Positions 13,698 through 26,471 of a stretch of 64,000 bases of DNA are shown here, piece by piece (position 1 is the stretch's first letter; each line of letters starts with the position of its first letter). The notes beneath the pieces were generated by a model. That model was not told the origin of the DNA, did no database searches, and saw only the letters and a list, made by a program, of their open reading frames with translations. The DNA comes from an uncultured Actinomycetota bacterium (GTDB lineage Bacteria; Actinomycetota; Actinomycetes; Actinomycetales; CAVURS01). Made by a program: the position numbers and the translations under genes. The stretch lies in assembly GCA_963795385.1 (NCBI GenBank), contig CAWCHK010000003.1, forward strand, positions 198,717 through 262,716, given 5' to 3'.

Positions 13698-14900
13698 ATG
13701 CACACGATCGACCAGCTGGGGGACCTGCGCGGCAAGCGCGTCCTCGTCCGCAGTGACCTGAACGTGCCGCTCGACGACAGTGGTGGCACGACCCGGATCA
13801 CCGACGACGGTCGGGTCCGCGCCTCGGTCCCGACCATCCAGCAGCTCTCGGCCGCCGGGGCGCGCGTGATCGTGTGCGCGCACCTCGGCCGGCCGAAGGG
13901 CGCGCCGGAGGAGCGCTACTCGCTGGCGCCCGTCGCCGCCCGCCTCTCCGAGCTGCTCGGCATACCGGTGGCGTTCGCCTCCGACACGGTCGGGGAGTCC
14001 GCGCAGGCGGTCGTCGGGGGTCTGTCCGACGGCGACGTCGCCCTGCTGGAGAACCTCCGGTTCAACCCGGGGGAGACCAGCAAGGACGACGCCGAGCGCG
14101 GTGCCTTCGCCGACCGGCTCGCGGAGCTGGCCGACGCGTTCGTCTCGGACGGCTTCGGCGTGGTGCACCGCAAGCAGGCCAGCGTGTACGACGTCGCCCA
14201 GCGGCTCCCGCACGCGGCCGGCGGCCTGGTCCTGGCCGAGGTCGAGGTGCTGCGCCGGCTGACGCACGACCCCGAGCGGCCCTACGCCGTGGTGCTCGGC
14301 GGGGCAAAGGTGTCGGACAAGCTCGCCGTCATCGACAACCTGCTGAAGACCGCCGACCGGCTGCTGGTCGGGGGTGGCATGGTCTTCACCTTCCTGGCCG
14401 CCCAGGGGCTGGAGGTCGGCCAGAGCCTGCTCGAGGCCGACCAGATCGGCACCGTGCGCGGCTATCTCGACGACGCCCAGGCCCGCGGCGTACAGATCGT
14501 CCTGCCGACCGACATCGTTGCTGCGACGTCGTTCTCCGCCGATGCCGACCACGAGGTCGTCGAGGCCGACGCGATACCCGCCGATCGGATGGGCCTGGAC
14601 ATCGGCCCCCGCTCGTCGGCGCTCTTCGCGGCCGCGCTCGCCGACGCCAGGACGGTGTTCTGGAACGGCCCGATGGGAGCGTTCGAGATGGCGCCGTACG
14701 CCGAGGGGACCCGGGCCCTGGCCCAGGCGCTGACCGAGGTCGACGGGCTGACCGTCGTGGGTGGCGGCGACTCGGCCGCCGCGGTCCGGACCCTGGGCTT
14801 CGTCGACAGCGACTTCGGCCACATCTCCACCGGGGGCGGCGCGAGCCTGGAGTACCTCGAGGGCAAGACCCTCCCCGGCCTGTCTGTTCTGGAGGACTGA
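13698..14900 (+). CDS. pgk: Phosphoglycerate kinase
   Basis: [15 protein letters not shown] and GGGDSAAAV. Start at MHTIDQL (ATG 13698); ATG 13680 is an alternative. Confidence 0.93.
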   Translation: MHTIDQLGDLRGKRVLVRSDLNVPLDDSGGTTRITDDGRVRASVPTIQQLSAAGARVIVCAHLGRPKGAPEERYSLAPVAARLSELLGIPVAFASDTVGESAQAVVGGLSDGDVALLENLRFNPGETSKDDAERGAFADRLAELADAFVSDGFGVVHRKQASVYDVAQRLPHAAGGLVLAEVEVLRRLTHDPERPYAVVLGGAKVSDKLAVIDNLLKTADRLLVGGGMVFTFLAAQGLEVGQSLLEADQIGTVRGYLDDAQARGVQIVLPTDIVAATSFSADADHEVVEADAIPADRMGLDIGPRSSALFAAALADARTVFWNGPMGAFEMAPYAEGTRALAQALTEVDGLTVVGGGDSAAAVRTLGFVDSDFGHISTGGGASLEYLEGKTLPGLSVLED

Positions 14901-14907
14901 ACACTCG

Positions 14908-15714
14908 ATGGCGAGCAAGCGCACCGCCCGGATCCCCTTGATGGCGGGCAACTGGAAGATGAACCAGGACCATCAGCAGGCCGCCCACCTGGTGCAGAAG
15001 CTGGACTGGACCCTCAAGGACGCCAAGCACGACTTCGCGGCCGTCGAGGTCGCGGTCCTGCCGCCGTTCACCGACCTGCGGACGGTCCAGACCCTGGTCG
15101 AGGGGGACCATCTGGAGATCAGGTACGGCGCGCAGGACGTGTCCACCCACGACTCCGGCGCCTACACCGGCGAGGTCTCCGGACCGATGCTGGCCAAGCT
15201 CGGCTGCACCTACGCCGTGGTGGGTCACAGCGAGCGCCGCGAGTACCACAGCGAGGATGACGCCGAGGTGCGGGCCAAGGTCCACGCCGCCCTGAAGCAC
15301 GGCCTCACGCCGATCCTCTGCGTCGGCGAGGGCCTGCCGACCCGGCAGGCCGGCGAGCAGGTGGGGTTCACGCTCGGCCAGATCTCGGGGGCCCTGCACG
15401 GCGTCAGTGCCGAGGCCGGCAAGGACCTGGTCGTGGCCTACGAGCCGGTCTGGGCCATCGGCACCGGCGAGGTCGCGACTCCCGAGGACGCGCAAGAGGT
15501 CTGCGGCGCAATCCGCAAGCTGCTGGCCGAGACCTGGTCGCCCGAGCAAGCGGCCCGGACCCGGATCCTCTACGGCGGCTCGGTCAAGGCGGCGAACATC
15601 GCAGCCATCATGGTGCAGCCGGACGTCGACGGCGCCCTGGTCGGCGGCGCCAGTCTGGACGCCGAGGAGTTCGCCTCGATCTGCCGCTTCCGGGAGCACG
15701 TCACGGGACTGTGA
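14908..15714 (+). CDS. tpiA: Triose-phosphate isomerase
   Basis: [34 protein letters not shown]. Confidence 0.95.
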   Translation: MASKRTARIPLMAGNWKMNQDHQQAAHLVQKLDWTLKDAKHDFAAVEVAVLPPFTDLRTVQTLVEGDHLEIRYGAQDVSTHDSGAYTGEVSGPMLAKLGCTYAVVGHSERREYHSEDDAEVRAKVHAALKHGLTPILCVGEGLPTRQAGEQVGFTLGQISGALHGVSAEAGKDLVVAYEPVWAIGTGEVATPEDAQEVCGAIRKLLAETWSPEQAARTRILYGGSVKAANIAAIMVQPDVDGALVGGASLDAEEFASICRFREHVTGL

Positions 15715-15861
15715 GCGGCCGCCCACCAGGCCGGGAGCAGGTTGATACCGGGGCCGGCCGCGTGGCTGACCGGGCCGCCGGCGCCGCGCGGTGTCGTACC
15801 CTAGGTCGAAACGCGTGACCTGGCGCACAACGCCGACATCCAGAACATCCAGAACGGACGC

Positions 15862-16110
15862 TTGCTTGTGAATGGTCTGAAGATCGGGCTGCAGGTGGTG
15901 CTCGTCATCTCGAGCCTGCTGCTCACGCTGCTCGTCCTGCTGCACAAGGGCAAGGGCGGCGGCCTGTCCGACATGTTCGGCGGCGGCGTCACGTCCAGCG
16001 TCGGCGGCTCGTCCATCGCCGAGCGCAACCTGGACCGGTTCACCGTCGCGCTGGGGCTGCTCTGGCTGGCCGCCATCATCGGTCTCGGACTGATCCAGCG
16101 GTTCGCCTGA
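15862..16110 (+). CDS. secG: Preprotein translocase subunit SecG
   Basis: 82-aa ORF with two hydrophobic helices flanking LHKGKGGGLSDMFGGG. Conserved position after tpiA. Confidence 0.85.
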   Translation: MLVNGLKIGLQVVLVISSLLLTLLVLLHKGKGGGLSDMFGGGVTSSVGGSSIAERNLDRFTVALGLLWLAAIIGLGLIQRFA

Positions 16111-16202
16111 GCACATGACGTACCAGCGGTAGAGCAGTCCAGACCAGCAGTTCCGAACGGGCCTGAAAACACGAAGCAGATCGACCAAGACCGGGAGACA
16201 CA

Positions 16203-16553
16203 GTGGCGAGTGGCAACGCGATCCGAGGGAGCCGGGTCGGAGCCGGACCGATGGGCGAGGCCGAGCGGGGTGAGGCCGCACCGCGGGTGCACATCTCCTA
16301 CTGGTGCGCCAACGGGCACGAGACCCGACCGAGCTTCGCCGAGGAGCAGGGCCTGCAGATCCCCGAGACCTGGGACTGCCCGCGCTGCGGCTTCCCGGCC
16401 GGTCAGTCGCAGGAGACGCCGCCCGCCCCGCCGCGGGTCGAGCCCTACAAGACCCACCTCGCCTACGTGAAGGAGCGGCGCAGCGACGCCGACGGCGAGG
16501 CCATCCTGACCGAGGCCCTGCAGCAGCTGCGCGGCCGCGGCCTGATCCGCTAG
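16203..16553 (+). CDS. rbpA: RNA polymerase-binding protein RbpA
   Basis: IRGSRVG...ISYWCANGHETRPSF...WDCPRCG...KTHLAYVKERRS...EALQQLR matches the RbpA core, basic linker and sigma-interaction architecture. Confidence 0.85.
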   Translation: MASGNAIRGSRVGAGPMGEAERGEAAPRVHISYWCANGHETRPSFAEEQGLQIPETWDCPRCGFPAGQSQETPPAPPRVEPYKTHLAYVKERRSDADGEAILTEALQQLRGRGLIR

Positions 16554-16608
16554 CGCCGGCCTCACCCCACCCGTCACCTGGGAACTCAGCGGTTGGCGTA
16601 GGGGACGC

Positions 16609-17388
16609 TCAGGGGCTGGAGAGGCGGACCAGTGCGGGAGGTACGGCCCGCGAGGCCGCCCGGTCCACCAGCCACAAGGTCGCCCGCCGCCCGTGCGGAC
16701 CGGCCGCGGGCGCCTGGACCTCACCCGCACCGGACAGCGCGAGGCCGACCGCCTGGGCCTTGTCCGCCCCGGCGACGAGGAACCACACGTCCTCGGCCCG
16801 GCTGAGCACCGGCATGGTCAGCGTGATCCGGGTCGGCGGCGGCTTGGGGGAGTTGCGGACGGCGATGGCGGTCCGCTCCCGCTCGTAGAGCGCCGGCGCC
16901 TCGGGGAACAGCGAGGCGACATGGGCGTCCGGCCCCACGCCGAGCAGCAGGATGTCGAAGATCGGCGTGGGCTCGCGGCCCGGGCCGGCTGAGGCCAGCT
17001 CGTCCGCGTACGCCGCGGCCGCTGCGTCGACGTCGTCACCCTCCGGGCCGTCCGGGCCGGGCATCGCGTGCACCCGCTCGGGGTCGAGCGGCACCGAGTC
17101 CAGCAGCGCCGCGCGGTTCTGCGTCTCGTTGCGGTCCGGGTGGCCGCGGGGGAGGAACCGCTCGTCCCCCCACCACACGTCCAGCCGGGACCAGTCGATG
17201 GCGTCGCGGGCCGGCGACGCGGCCACCGCGGCCAGGATCGCCGAGCCCATCGACCCGCCGGTCAGGACGACCGACGCGCTGCCGCGTGAGCCCTGCACGT
17301 CGACCAGCCGGGTCACCAGCCGGGCGGCTCCGGCCTCGGCCAGCACCTGCGGGTCCCGGTGGACGACCACCCGCGGCGGCTGGGTCAT
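16609..17388 (-). CDS. pgl: 6-phosphogluconolactonase
   Basis: VVLTGGSMG and WWGDERFLPRGHPDRN. Its ATG overlaps the opcA stop (ATGA). Confidence 0.9.
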   Translation of the reverse strand: MTQPPRVVVHRDPQVLAEAGAARLVTRLVDVQGSRGSASVVLTGGSMGSAILAAVAASPARDAIDWSRLDVWWGDERFLPRGHPDRNETQNRAALLDSVPLDPERVHAMPGPDGPEGDDVDAAAAAYADELASAGPGREPTPIFDILLLGVGPDAHVASLFPEAPALYERERTAIAVRNSPKPPPTRITLTMPVLSRAEDVWFLVAGADKAQAVGLALSGAGEVQAPAAGPHGRRATLWLVDRAASRAVPPALVRLSSP

Positions 17389-18541
17389 CGGCGCGCTGCC
17401 CGCTTGCCGGCCTTCTTGGCGGTGGCCTTCTTGGCGGTGCCCTTCTTTGTGGCGGCCTTCTTTACGCCGGCCTTCTTCGCCGGCGCCTTCCGGGCGGTCG
17501 GACTCGCTTGCTTGGCCGCCTGCGATGCCCTCGCGGCAGCCCGTTCGGAGCGGGCCGTACGCCGCATCGCCTCGGTCACTGAAGGTGCCTCACCCTCGGC
17601 GATGGCCGCGCTGGAGGTCTTCGACTTGGTGTGGGCCAGAGCCGTGAGGCCCTTGGTCAACGCGGCCTCGTAGATCGCGTCGGTCTCCAGGCGGCGCAGC
17701 TCCTCGGCCAGGCACTCAGCAATTCCCCTGCGCTGCAAGCCGATTCGTCGCTCGGGCTGTCCGGGCTGGAGCAGCGTGGCGACCGGGCTGTCGGCCCGCA
17801 CCAGGTCGATGTTGCCGCTCTTGCGCTCCAGCCGGACGCTGGCCATGCCCGTGCCCGCCGTGGTCCGGGCCCGCAGGACCGGGCAGCGCAGCGACTCGGC
17901 CAGCCAGCCGGCCAGCAGGTCGGTGCTCGGGCTGTCCGATGCTCCCGTGACGGTGACGTGGTCGACCCGCTCGTACGGCGGCTGGTCCAGGGCGGCCGCC
18001 AGCAGGCCCCGCCACAGCGTGATGCGGGTCCAGGCCAGGTCGGAGTCACCCGGCTGGTAGACCTTGGCCAGCCGGGTCAGCTCCTTGCGGGGCTGGCGAG
18101 CCTCGGCCGCGTCGGTGATCCGGCGGTGGGCCATCTGGCCGATCGGCTCCTTGGCCGGCACGGCCGGAGGCTCGCCCGGCCACCACGCCACGACGGGGGA
18201 GTCGGGCAGCAGCAGCGGCATGACGACGCTGTCGCCGTGCAGCGACAGCTGTCCGTAGAGCCGGAGCACCAGGACCTCGCTCGCGCCCGCGTCGCCGCCG
18301 ACCCGGATCTGCGCGTCCAGCCGGTCGACGCCGCGGACCGTGCCCTGGACGACGACGATGACCCGGCAGGGGTGCTCGTGGCTGGCGCTGTTGGCTGCGT
18401 CGATGGCCATCTCGGCCTCGTGCTCGCCCGTGACGATGACCAGGGTGAGCACGCGGCCGAGCGCGATGGTGCCGCCGCCCTCACGCAGGTCGACCAGCTT
18501 GCGGTTGATCGCGGCCGTCGTGGTGCCCGGCAGGTCGACGA

Positions 18542-18545
<4 letters not shown>
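17385..18545 (-). CDS. opcA: Glucose-6-phosphate dehydrogenase assembly protein OpcA with a C-terminal Lys/Ala-rich tail
   Basis: OpcA-like body (TTAAINRKLVDLREGGGTIALGRVLTLVIV) in the conserved position between zwf and pgl. The last 50 or so residues are ...AKQASPTARKAPAKKAGVKKAATKKGTAKKATAKKAGKRAARR. Confidence 0.88.
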
Positions 18546-20079
<1,534 letters not shown>

Positions 20080-20083
<4 letters not shown>

Positions 20084-22859
20084 GCAGTGCCCTCGGTGAG
20101 TACGGCGGTCAGCTGGGCCAGCCCGGCCTCGCGGTCGGTGAGGTGCAGGCGCAGCACCGGCCGGCCGTGGTCGGCCAGGACCTGGGCGTCGCCCTTGGCC
20201 TGGGCCGAGATGAAGCCGCCGAACGTGAACGGGCGGCCCGGGATGTCGAGATCCCGGTGCGGAGCTCCGGTGATCTGCAGGTAGACCCCGGTCGGCGGGC
20301 CGCCCTTGTGGTACTGGCCGGTGGAGTGCAGGAACCGCGGGCCCCAGCCGAAGGTCACCGGCCGTCCGGTCCGCCGGGCCAGCGCGGCGCGGGCGTCGGC
20401 CAGGGACGCGTCCGCCAGCCGGTCGAGGTAGGCCATCACGGCGAGGTAGCCGTGCTCGCCGTCCATCGCCCCCAGCAGGGCGGCGACCGCACCCGCGACC
20501 GTGCTGTCGGCGTCACCGCCGGCGCCGTCGAGCAGGCCCGGCGTTGCCCGCACCTCGATCGCGCCGTCGGTGAAGTCGGCCGGGTCCGGGCCGGGCGAGC
20601 CGTCCAGCAGTCCGCGGGCCGCCTGCTTCGCGCTCTCGACGTCGGGCTGGTCGAACGGGTTGATGCCGATGACCCGCCCGGCGATCGCGACGGCGTACTC
20701 CCACAGGAGCATCTGGGCGCCCAGCGGCCCGGCCACGGTGGCGGCGAAACCGCTGGTGGCACTGGCGTTCTCGCCGGTGCCGGAACGGCCCGGCGCGCCG
20801 AGGGTGACCAGGACGGAGTCGGCGGTGCCCGGGTCGAAGTTCGGCGCGTCGACGCCCTCGACGACGACCGGCAGCACGCCCTTGCCGAGCTTGCCGGTGG
20901 ACTCGGCGATCAGCTGCTCGGCCCAGTCGCCGAAGCCGGAGATGCCCGAGCCCGCGTCGGCGAGGATCAGCTTGTCGACGCCGCCGACCGCGGCCTGGCC
21001 GATCAGCGCACCGAGGCGGACCCCGGGGTTGTCGGCGTCGTCGGTCTGCAGCGGTCCCGCCACCGACGCGGCGTCGTCGAGCAGCGCGCCGATGTCGGCA
21101 CCGGCCAGCCCGCTCGGGACCAGGCCGAACGCGGTCAGCGCGGAGTACCGGCCGCCGACGTCCGGGTCGGCGTTGATGACGGTGTAGCCCGCCGCGCGGG
21201 CCTCGCCGTCGAGAGGCGAGCCCGGGTCGGTGACCACGACGATCCGCTCGGCCGGGTCGATGCCGGCCTCGGTGAACGCGTGCTCGTAGGCCCGCCGCTG
21301 GCTGTCGGTCTCGACCGTGCTGCCCGACTTGCTCGACACGACCACCACGCTGCGCTCGAGCCGGTCCGCCAGCGCGGCCGCGACGTAGTCCGGGTCGGAG
21401 GAGTCCAGGACCGTCAGCTCGACGCCCGCGGTGCCGCAGATGACCTCGGGGGCCAGCGACGAGCCGCCCATGCCACACAGCACGACGTGGTCGGCGCCGG
21501 CGGCGGCCAGCTTGTCGCGCAGGGCCGCGACCTCGTCGACCAGGGGCCGGGAGGACTGCGCCAGTCCCACCCAGGACAGCCGCTTGGCCGACTCCGACTC
21601 CGCGTCCGGACCCCACAGGGTGGCGTCCATGCTGGTCAGCCGGCTCGCGACGTGGTCGCCCACCAGCTGCTCGACGACCCCGTCGTACGCCTCCTGGTCT
21701 GGGACCGAGACCGCGAGGTCGACCGGTGCCCCAGCGCTCACAGGTCGCCCTTGCCGGCGGCGCTCGAGCTGGGACTGGACGTCGGTGAGCAGCTCGGACC
21801 AGCTCTTCTCGAACTTCACCACGCCCTCGGACTCCAGCGTCTCCACGACGTCCTGGTAGGACACCCCGAGCGCGGCCAGGTCGTCGAGGACCTTCGCCGC
21901 GTCGTCGTAGTGCGCCCGGATCGTGTCGCCGGTGACCTCGCCGTGGTCCTCGACCGCCTCCAGGGTCTTCTGCGGCATGGTGTTGACGATGTCGTGCGCG
22001 ACCAGCTCGGTGACGTAGAGGGTGTCCGGGTAGGCCGGGTCCTTGACGCCGGTGGAGGCCCAGAGCGGCCGCTGCGGTCTTGGCGCCCTCGCCGGCCAGG
22101 ACCTGCCAGCGCGGGGTCGAGAAGACCTCCTCGTAGGCCTGGTAGGCCAGCCGGGCGTTGGCGACGCCGGCCTTGCCCTTGAGCGCGTTGGCCTCGTCGG
22201 TGCCGATGGCGGTCAGCCGCGGGTCGATCTCGGTGTCGACGCGGGAGACGAAGAACGACGCGACCGAGTGGATCTCGGACAGGTCCTTGCCGGCCTCGCG
22301 GGCCTGCTCCAGCCCGGTCGAGGAAGGCGTTCATGACGCCGCGGTAGCGGTCGAGGGAGAAGATCAGCGTGACGTTGACGCTGATGCCCTCGGCCAGCGT
22401 GCGGGTGATGGCCGGCAGGCCCTCGATGGTCGCGGGGATCTTGATGAAGACGTTCGGGCGGTCGACGGCGGCGCTCAGCTGCTTGGCCTGGCTCGACCGT
22501 GCCGTCCGCGTCGTGGGCCAGGCCGGGCTCGACCTCGATCGAGACCTTGCCGTCCATGTGGTCGGTGGCCTCCCAGGTCGGCCGGAAGATGTCGCAGGCC
22601 TGCCGGACGTCCTCGGTCGTGATCTCGAAGACGGCCCGGTCCACGTCGACGCCCTTGGCGGCGAGCTCGCGGACCTGCTCGTCGTACGCCGCGCCGTTGG
22701 TCAGGGCGGCGGCGAAGATCGAGGGGTTCGTGGTGACGCCGACGACGTGCTTCTCGTCGATGAGCTTCTGCAGCTCGCCGCTCGCGATCCGCTCGCGGGA
22801 GAGGTCGTCGAGCCAGATGGAGACGCCCTGGTCGCTGAGCTGGGCCAGGCGTCGGTCAT
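20080..22859 (-). pseudogene. Transaldolase-glucose-6-phosphate isomerase fusion; pgi part intact, tal part frameshifted as assembled
   Basis: ORF 20080-21978 begins with the transaldolase C-terminus ([20 protein letters not shown]...[12 protein letters not shown]). It runs without a stop into a Pgi domain (ATLWGPD...RLSWVGL...[13 protein letters not shown]). The tal N-terminus ([21 protein letters not shown]...[10 protein letters not shown]) is in the ORF 22213 frame. Its ATG at 22859 is out of frame by 1 nt, and further shifts occur at about 22075-22500. Confidence 0.8.
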
Positions 22860-25042
22860 GAGTTGCTCCCGTTGCTGTCGGTCGTTGCGATGCTGTCTCT
22901 GGCGGCCTGGGCCACCGCGTCGGCGGTGAGGCCGAACTCGCGGTAGAGCGTGGCCTGGTCGGCGGATGCGCCGTAGTGCTCGAGGCTGACGATGCGGCCG
23001 GTGTCGCCGACGATGTCGCGCCAGCCCGGCCGACCGCGGCCTCGATGCTGACCCGCGCCTTGATCTCCGGCGGGAACACCTCGTCGCGGTAGGCCTGGTC
23101 CTGCTCGAAGAACCACTCGCGGCACGGCATCGACACCACGCGGGTGGCAATCCCGCTGTCCTGCAAGGCAGTTCGGGCGTCCAGGGCGATCTGCACCTCG
23201 GAGCCGGTGCTGACGATGATCACCTGCGGCGTGCCGCCGTCGGCCTCGGCCAGGACGTACGCGCCCTTGGCCACGCCGTCGGCCGACGCGTGCGACCCGT
23301 CGGTCCGGTCCACGATCGGCAGGTTCTGCCGGCGAGAGGATCAGGCCGGTCGGGCGGTCGTTGTGCTGGAGGATCGTCCGCCAGGCCACGGCCGTCTCGT
23401 TGGCGTCGGCCGGCCGGACGACGTCCAGCCCGGGGATGGCGCGCAGCGCGGCCAGGTGCTCGACCGGCTGGTGGGTCGGGCCGTCCTCGCCGAGGCCGAT
23501 GGAGTCGTGCGTCCAGACGTAGATCGCGGGCAGCTGCATCAGGGCGGCGATCCGCACGGCCGGGCGCATGTAGTCGCTGAAGCGCGATGAACGTGCCGCC
23601 GTACGGCCGGGTGAGGCGACTGCAGCGCGATGCCGCCGAGGATCGAGCCCATGGCGTGCTCGCGGATGCCGAAGTGCATGGTCCGGCCGTAGGGGCCGCC
23701 GGCCCAGTCCTTGGTCTGCCGGTTGGTCGGGGATCGAGCTCGGCTCGCCCTCCATGGTCGTGTTGTTGCTCTCGGCCAGGTCGGCCGACCCGCCCCACAG
23801 CTCGGGCAGCACCGGCGCCGAGTGCGCGTCGAGCACCTTGCCGCTGGCGGCCCGGGTCGCGATGCCCTTGGGGTCGGCGGCGAAGGTCGGCAGCGCGTCG
23901 GCCCAGCCGTCCGGGCAGCTCCTGCTTCAGCAGGCGGTCGAGCAGAGCGGCCCGCTCGGTGTTGTCGGCCCGCCACCTGTCGTACGCCGGCTGCCAGTCC
24001 GCGTGCAGCTTGGCCGCCGCGGTCGACGACCTCGCGGGTGTGCGACGAGGACCTCGTCGGAGACCTCGAAGGTCTGGTCCGGGTCGAAGCCGAGCAACCG
24101 CTTGGTGGCCGCGACCTCCTCGTCGCCGAGCGCCGAGCCGTGCGCCTTGCCGGTGTTCTGCTTGGTGGGCGCCGGCCAGCCGATGATCGTGTTCAGCACG
24201 ATGAGCGAGGGCTTGGCCGTCTCGGCCTTGGCGTTCTCGATCGCGGCCAGCAGGGCGTCGACGTCCTCGACGTAGCCGTCCTTGGTCCGCCAGTCGATGG
24301 TCTGCGTGTGCCAGCCGTAGGCGTCGTACCGCTTGGCGACGTCCTCGCTGAAGGAGATGTCGGTGTCGTCCTCGATCGAGATGTGGTTCTGGTCGTAGAT
24401 GACGACGAGGTTGCCGAGCTGCTGGTGGCCGGCGAGCGAGCTGGCCTCGCTCGTGACGCCCTCCATCAGGTCGCCGTCCGAGGCCAGCACGTAGACGTGG
24501 TGGTCGAACGGGCTCTGGCCCGGGTCGGCGTCGGGATCGAGCAGGCCGCGCTCGCGCCGGGCCCCCCAGGCCATGCCGACCGCGTGGGCCAGGCCCTGGC
24601 CCAGCGGGCCGGTCGTGATCTCGACGCCGCGGGTGTGCCGGTACTCCGGGTGGCCGGGCGTCTTGGATCCCCACGTGCGCAGGGCCTGCAGGTCGGACAG
24701 CTCGAGCCCGTAACCGGCCAGGTAGAGCTGGATGTAGAGCGTGAGGCTGGAGTGCCCGCAGGAGAGGACGAACCGGTCCCGGCCCAGCCACTGGTCGTCG
24801 TTCGGGTCGTGCCGCATCACGTGCTGCCACAGCAGGTACGCCGCGGGGGCCAGGCTCATCGCCGTGCCGGGGTGGCCGTTGCCGACCTTCTGGACGGCGT
24901 CGGCGGCCAGCACCCGGACGGTGTCGACCGCCCGGACGTCGGTCGGGGTCCAGCCGGCGCGGTCGGCGACCGGCAGCGCCAGCGACGGATCGCGGCTGGT
25001 GTCAGAGGGTTTCGCAGCTGCCTGTTCGGTCACGGGGGACAC
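22856..25042 (-). pseudogene. tkt: Transketolase; N-terminal 335 or so residues intact, the rest frameshifted as assembled
   Basis: ORF 23927-25042 carries GHPGTAMSLAP...SCGHSS...GPLGQG...ASDGDLMEGV. The sequence continues as AAKLHADWQPAYDRW (23220 frame) and ELWGGSADLAESNNT...WTHDSIGLGEDGPTHQPVEHL...[10 protein letters not shown] (22856 frame). Other pieces lie in the 22213 frame. Confidence 0.88.
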
Positions 25043-25122
25043 CCTTCACCTGGACCCGGAAATGGGCCCGCGCCGGTCGATGAACGTTCGACGAACACGG
25101 GCTGATCACGACCCGACCGAGC

Positions 25123-26349
25123 CTAGACCTGAGCGGCGAGCACGGCCTCTGCGGCCCGGCGCCCCGACACCAGGGCTCCTTGGATCGACGGAGTGTCCCG
25201 CCAGTCGCCGGCCACGAAGACGCCATCCGGGCGGCGGGCCGGCCGCCGCAGCGGTGCCGAGGGCGGGTACGCCGGCAGGGCCTCCGGCACGGCCACCTCG
25301 GCGATGAGCTCCCACCCGCCCGTCGGCACGCCGTAGAGCCAGGACAGGTGCGCGCGGACCTCGGCGTCCGTGACCAGACCCACCCCGAGCACCGACGCCG
25401 CGACCAGCGCGCGCCGGTCGGGGGAGTACGACGGCGCGGCGTTCGTCAGGACGGCGGAGTTGAGGATCGGGGTCCGACCCTCGCCGTCGAGTATCAGGAC
25501 CGGCCGGTCGACCGGCGGCACGGCGCAGGCGTAGTTCCAGGTCGTGACCGCACGCATGGTCGGCGGCTGGAGACCCAGCTGGGTCGCGGCGGTCACCGGG
25601 TCGGCGGCCACGATGACCGCCGACGCCTCGATCGGGCCGTCGTCGGTCTCCACGCCGAGGGACGACACGGCGGTGACCGACCGGCCGGTGTGCAGCGTGC
25701 CCTCGGGCAGCCCTTCGGCCAGCTGCTGCGGCAGGGCTCCCATCCCCATGCTGGGCACCCCGACCCGGCCGAGCGCGAAGGAGCGCCAGACGAAGTCGCC
25801 GAAGGCACTGCTGGCAGCGAGGTCGCGGTCAAGCAGCACGCCCGAGAGGAACGGCCGGAGGAAGCCGTCGACCATCGCCCCTGACAGCCCGCGGTCCTGC
25901 CACCGCGCGAGGGTCGTGGTCCGCGCCGCATTGCGGATCCGGCCCGGCCGGGCCACGAGGTCAGCCGTGACGGCGGCCAGCCGCATCTTGTCGGCCAGGC
26001 TGCCGACGGGCGCGCGCAGGGTGGCGAGAGCGGCTGACGGCAGCCGGCGCGGGTCGGCCACGAGGTGCAGGCCGGTCCGGGTCCGGACCAGGGCCCCGGG
26101 CAGGAAGGCGCGGACGTCCAGAGCGGCGAGGTCGACCAGCCGGGCGAGCTCCGGGTACCCCGTGTTGAGGACCTGGAAGCCGCGGTCGACCCGGAAGCCG
26201 TCGACCCGGTCGGTCCGGACCCGCCCGCCTGGCCGCTGGCCGCTCTCGACCACGAGGGCCGGGCGACCGGCCCGGGTCAGTTCGCGCGCGGCGGCCAGGC
26301 CGGCCAGCCCGGCACCGACCACGACGACAGGTGCGGGGGTGCTGGCCAT
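25123..26349 (-). CDS. NAD(P)/FAD-dependent oxidoreductase (amine oxidase/phytoene desaturase-like)
   Basis: VVVVGAGLAGLAAARELTRAGRPALVVESGQRPGGR dinucleotide fold, and C-terminal FVAGDW. Start at MASTPAP (ATG 26349). Confidence 0.8.
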   Translation of the reverse strand: MASTPAPVVVVGAGLAGLAAARELTRAGRPALVVESGQRPGGRVRTDRVDGFRVDRGFQVLNTGYPELARLVDLAALDVRAFLPGALVRTRTGLHLVADPRRLPSAALATLRAPVGSLADKMRLAAVTADLVARPGRIRNAARTTTLARWQDRGLSGAMVDGFLRPFLSGVLLDRDLAASSAFGDFVWRSFALGRVGVPSMGMGALPQQLAEGLPEGTLHTGRSVTAVSSLGVETDDGPIEASAVIVAADPVTAATQLGLQPPTMRAVTTWNYACAVPPVDRPVLILDGEGRTPILNSAVLTNAAPSYSPDRRALVAASVLGVGLVTDAEVRAHLSWLYGVPTGGWELIAEVAVPEALPAYPPSAPLRRPARRPDGVFVAGDWRDTPSIQGALVSGRRAAEAVLAAQV

Positions 26350-26471
26350 GCCCGTGACGCTAACGGCGGCCCGGTCGCCGGACCTGCCGGTGGCGCGACT
26401 GCGCGGGCGAGGGGCGGAGGTACAGTTTGCGCGCTGGCAATCGCCGGCGGCCGCGCCCACCAGGGGATCCG

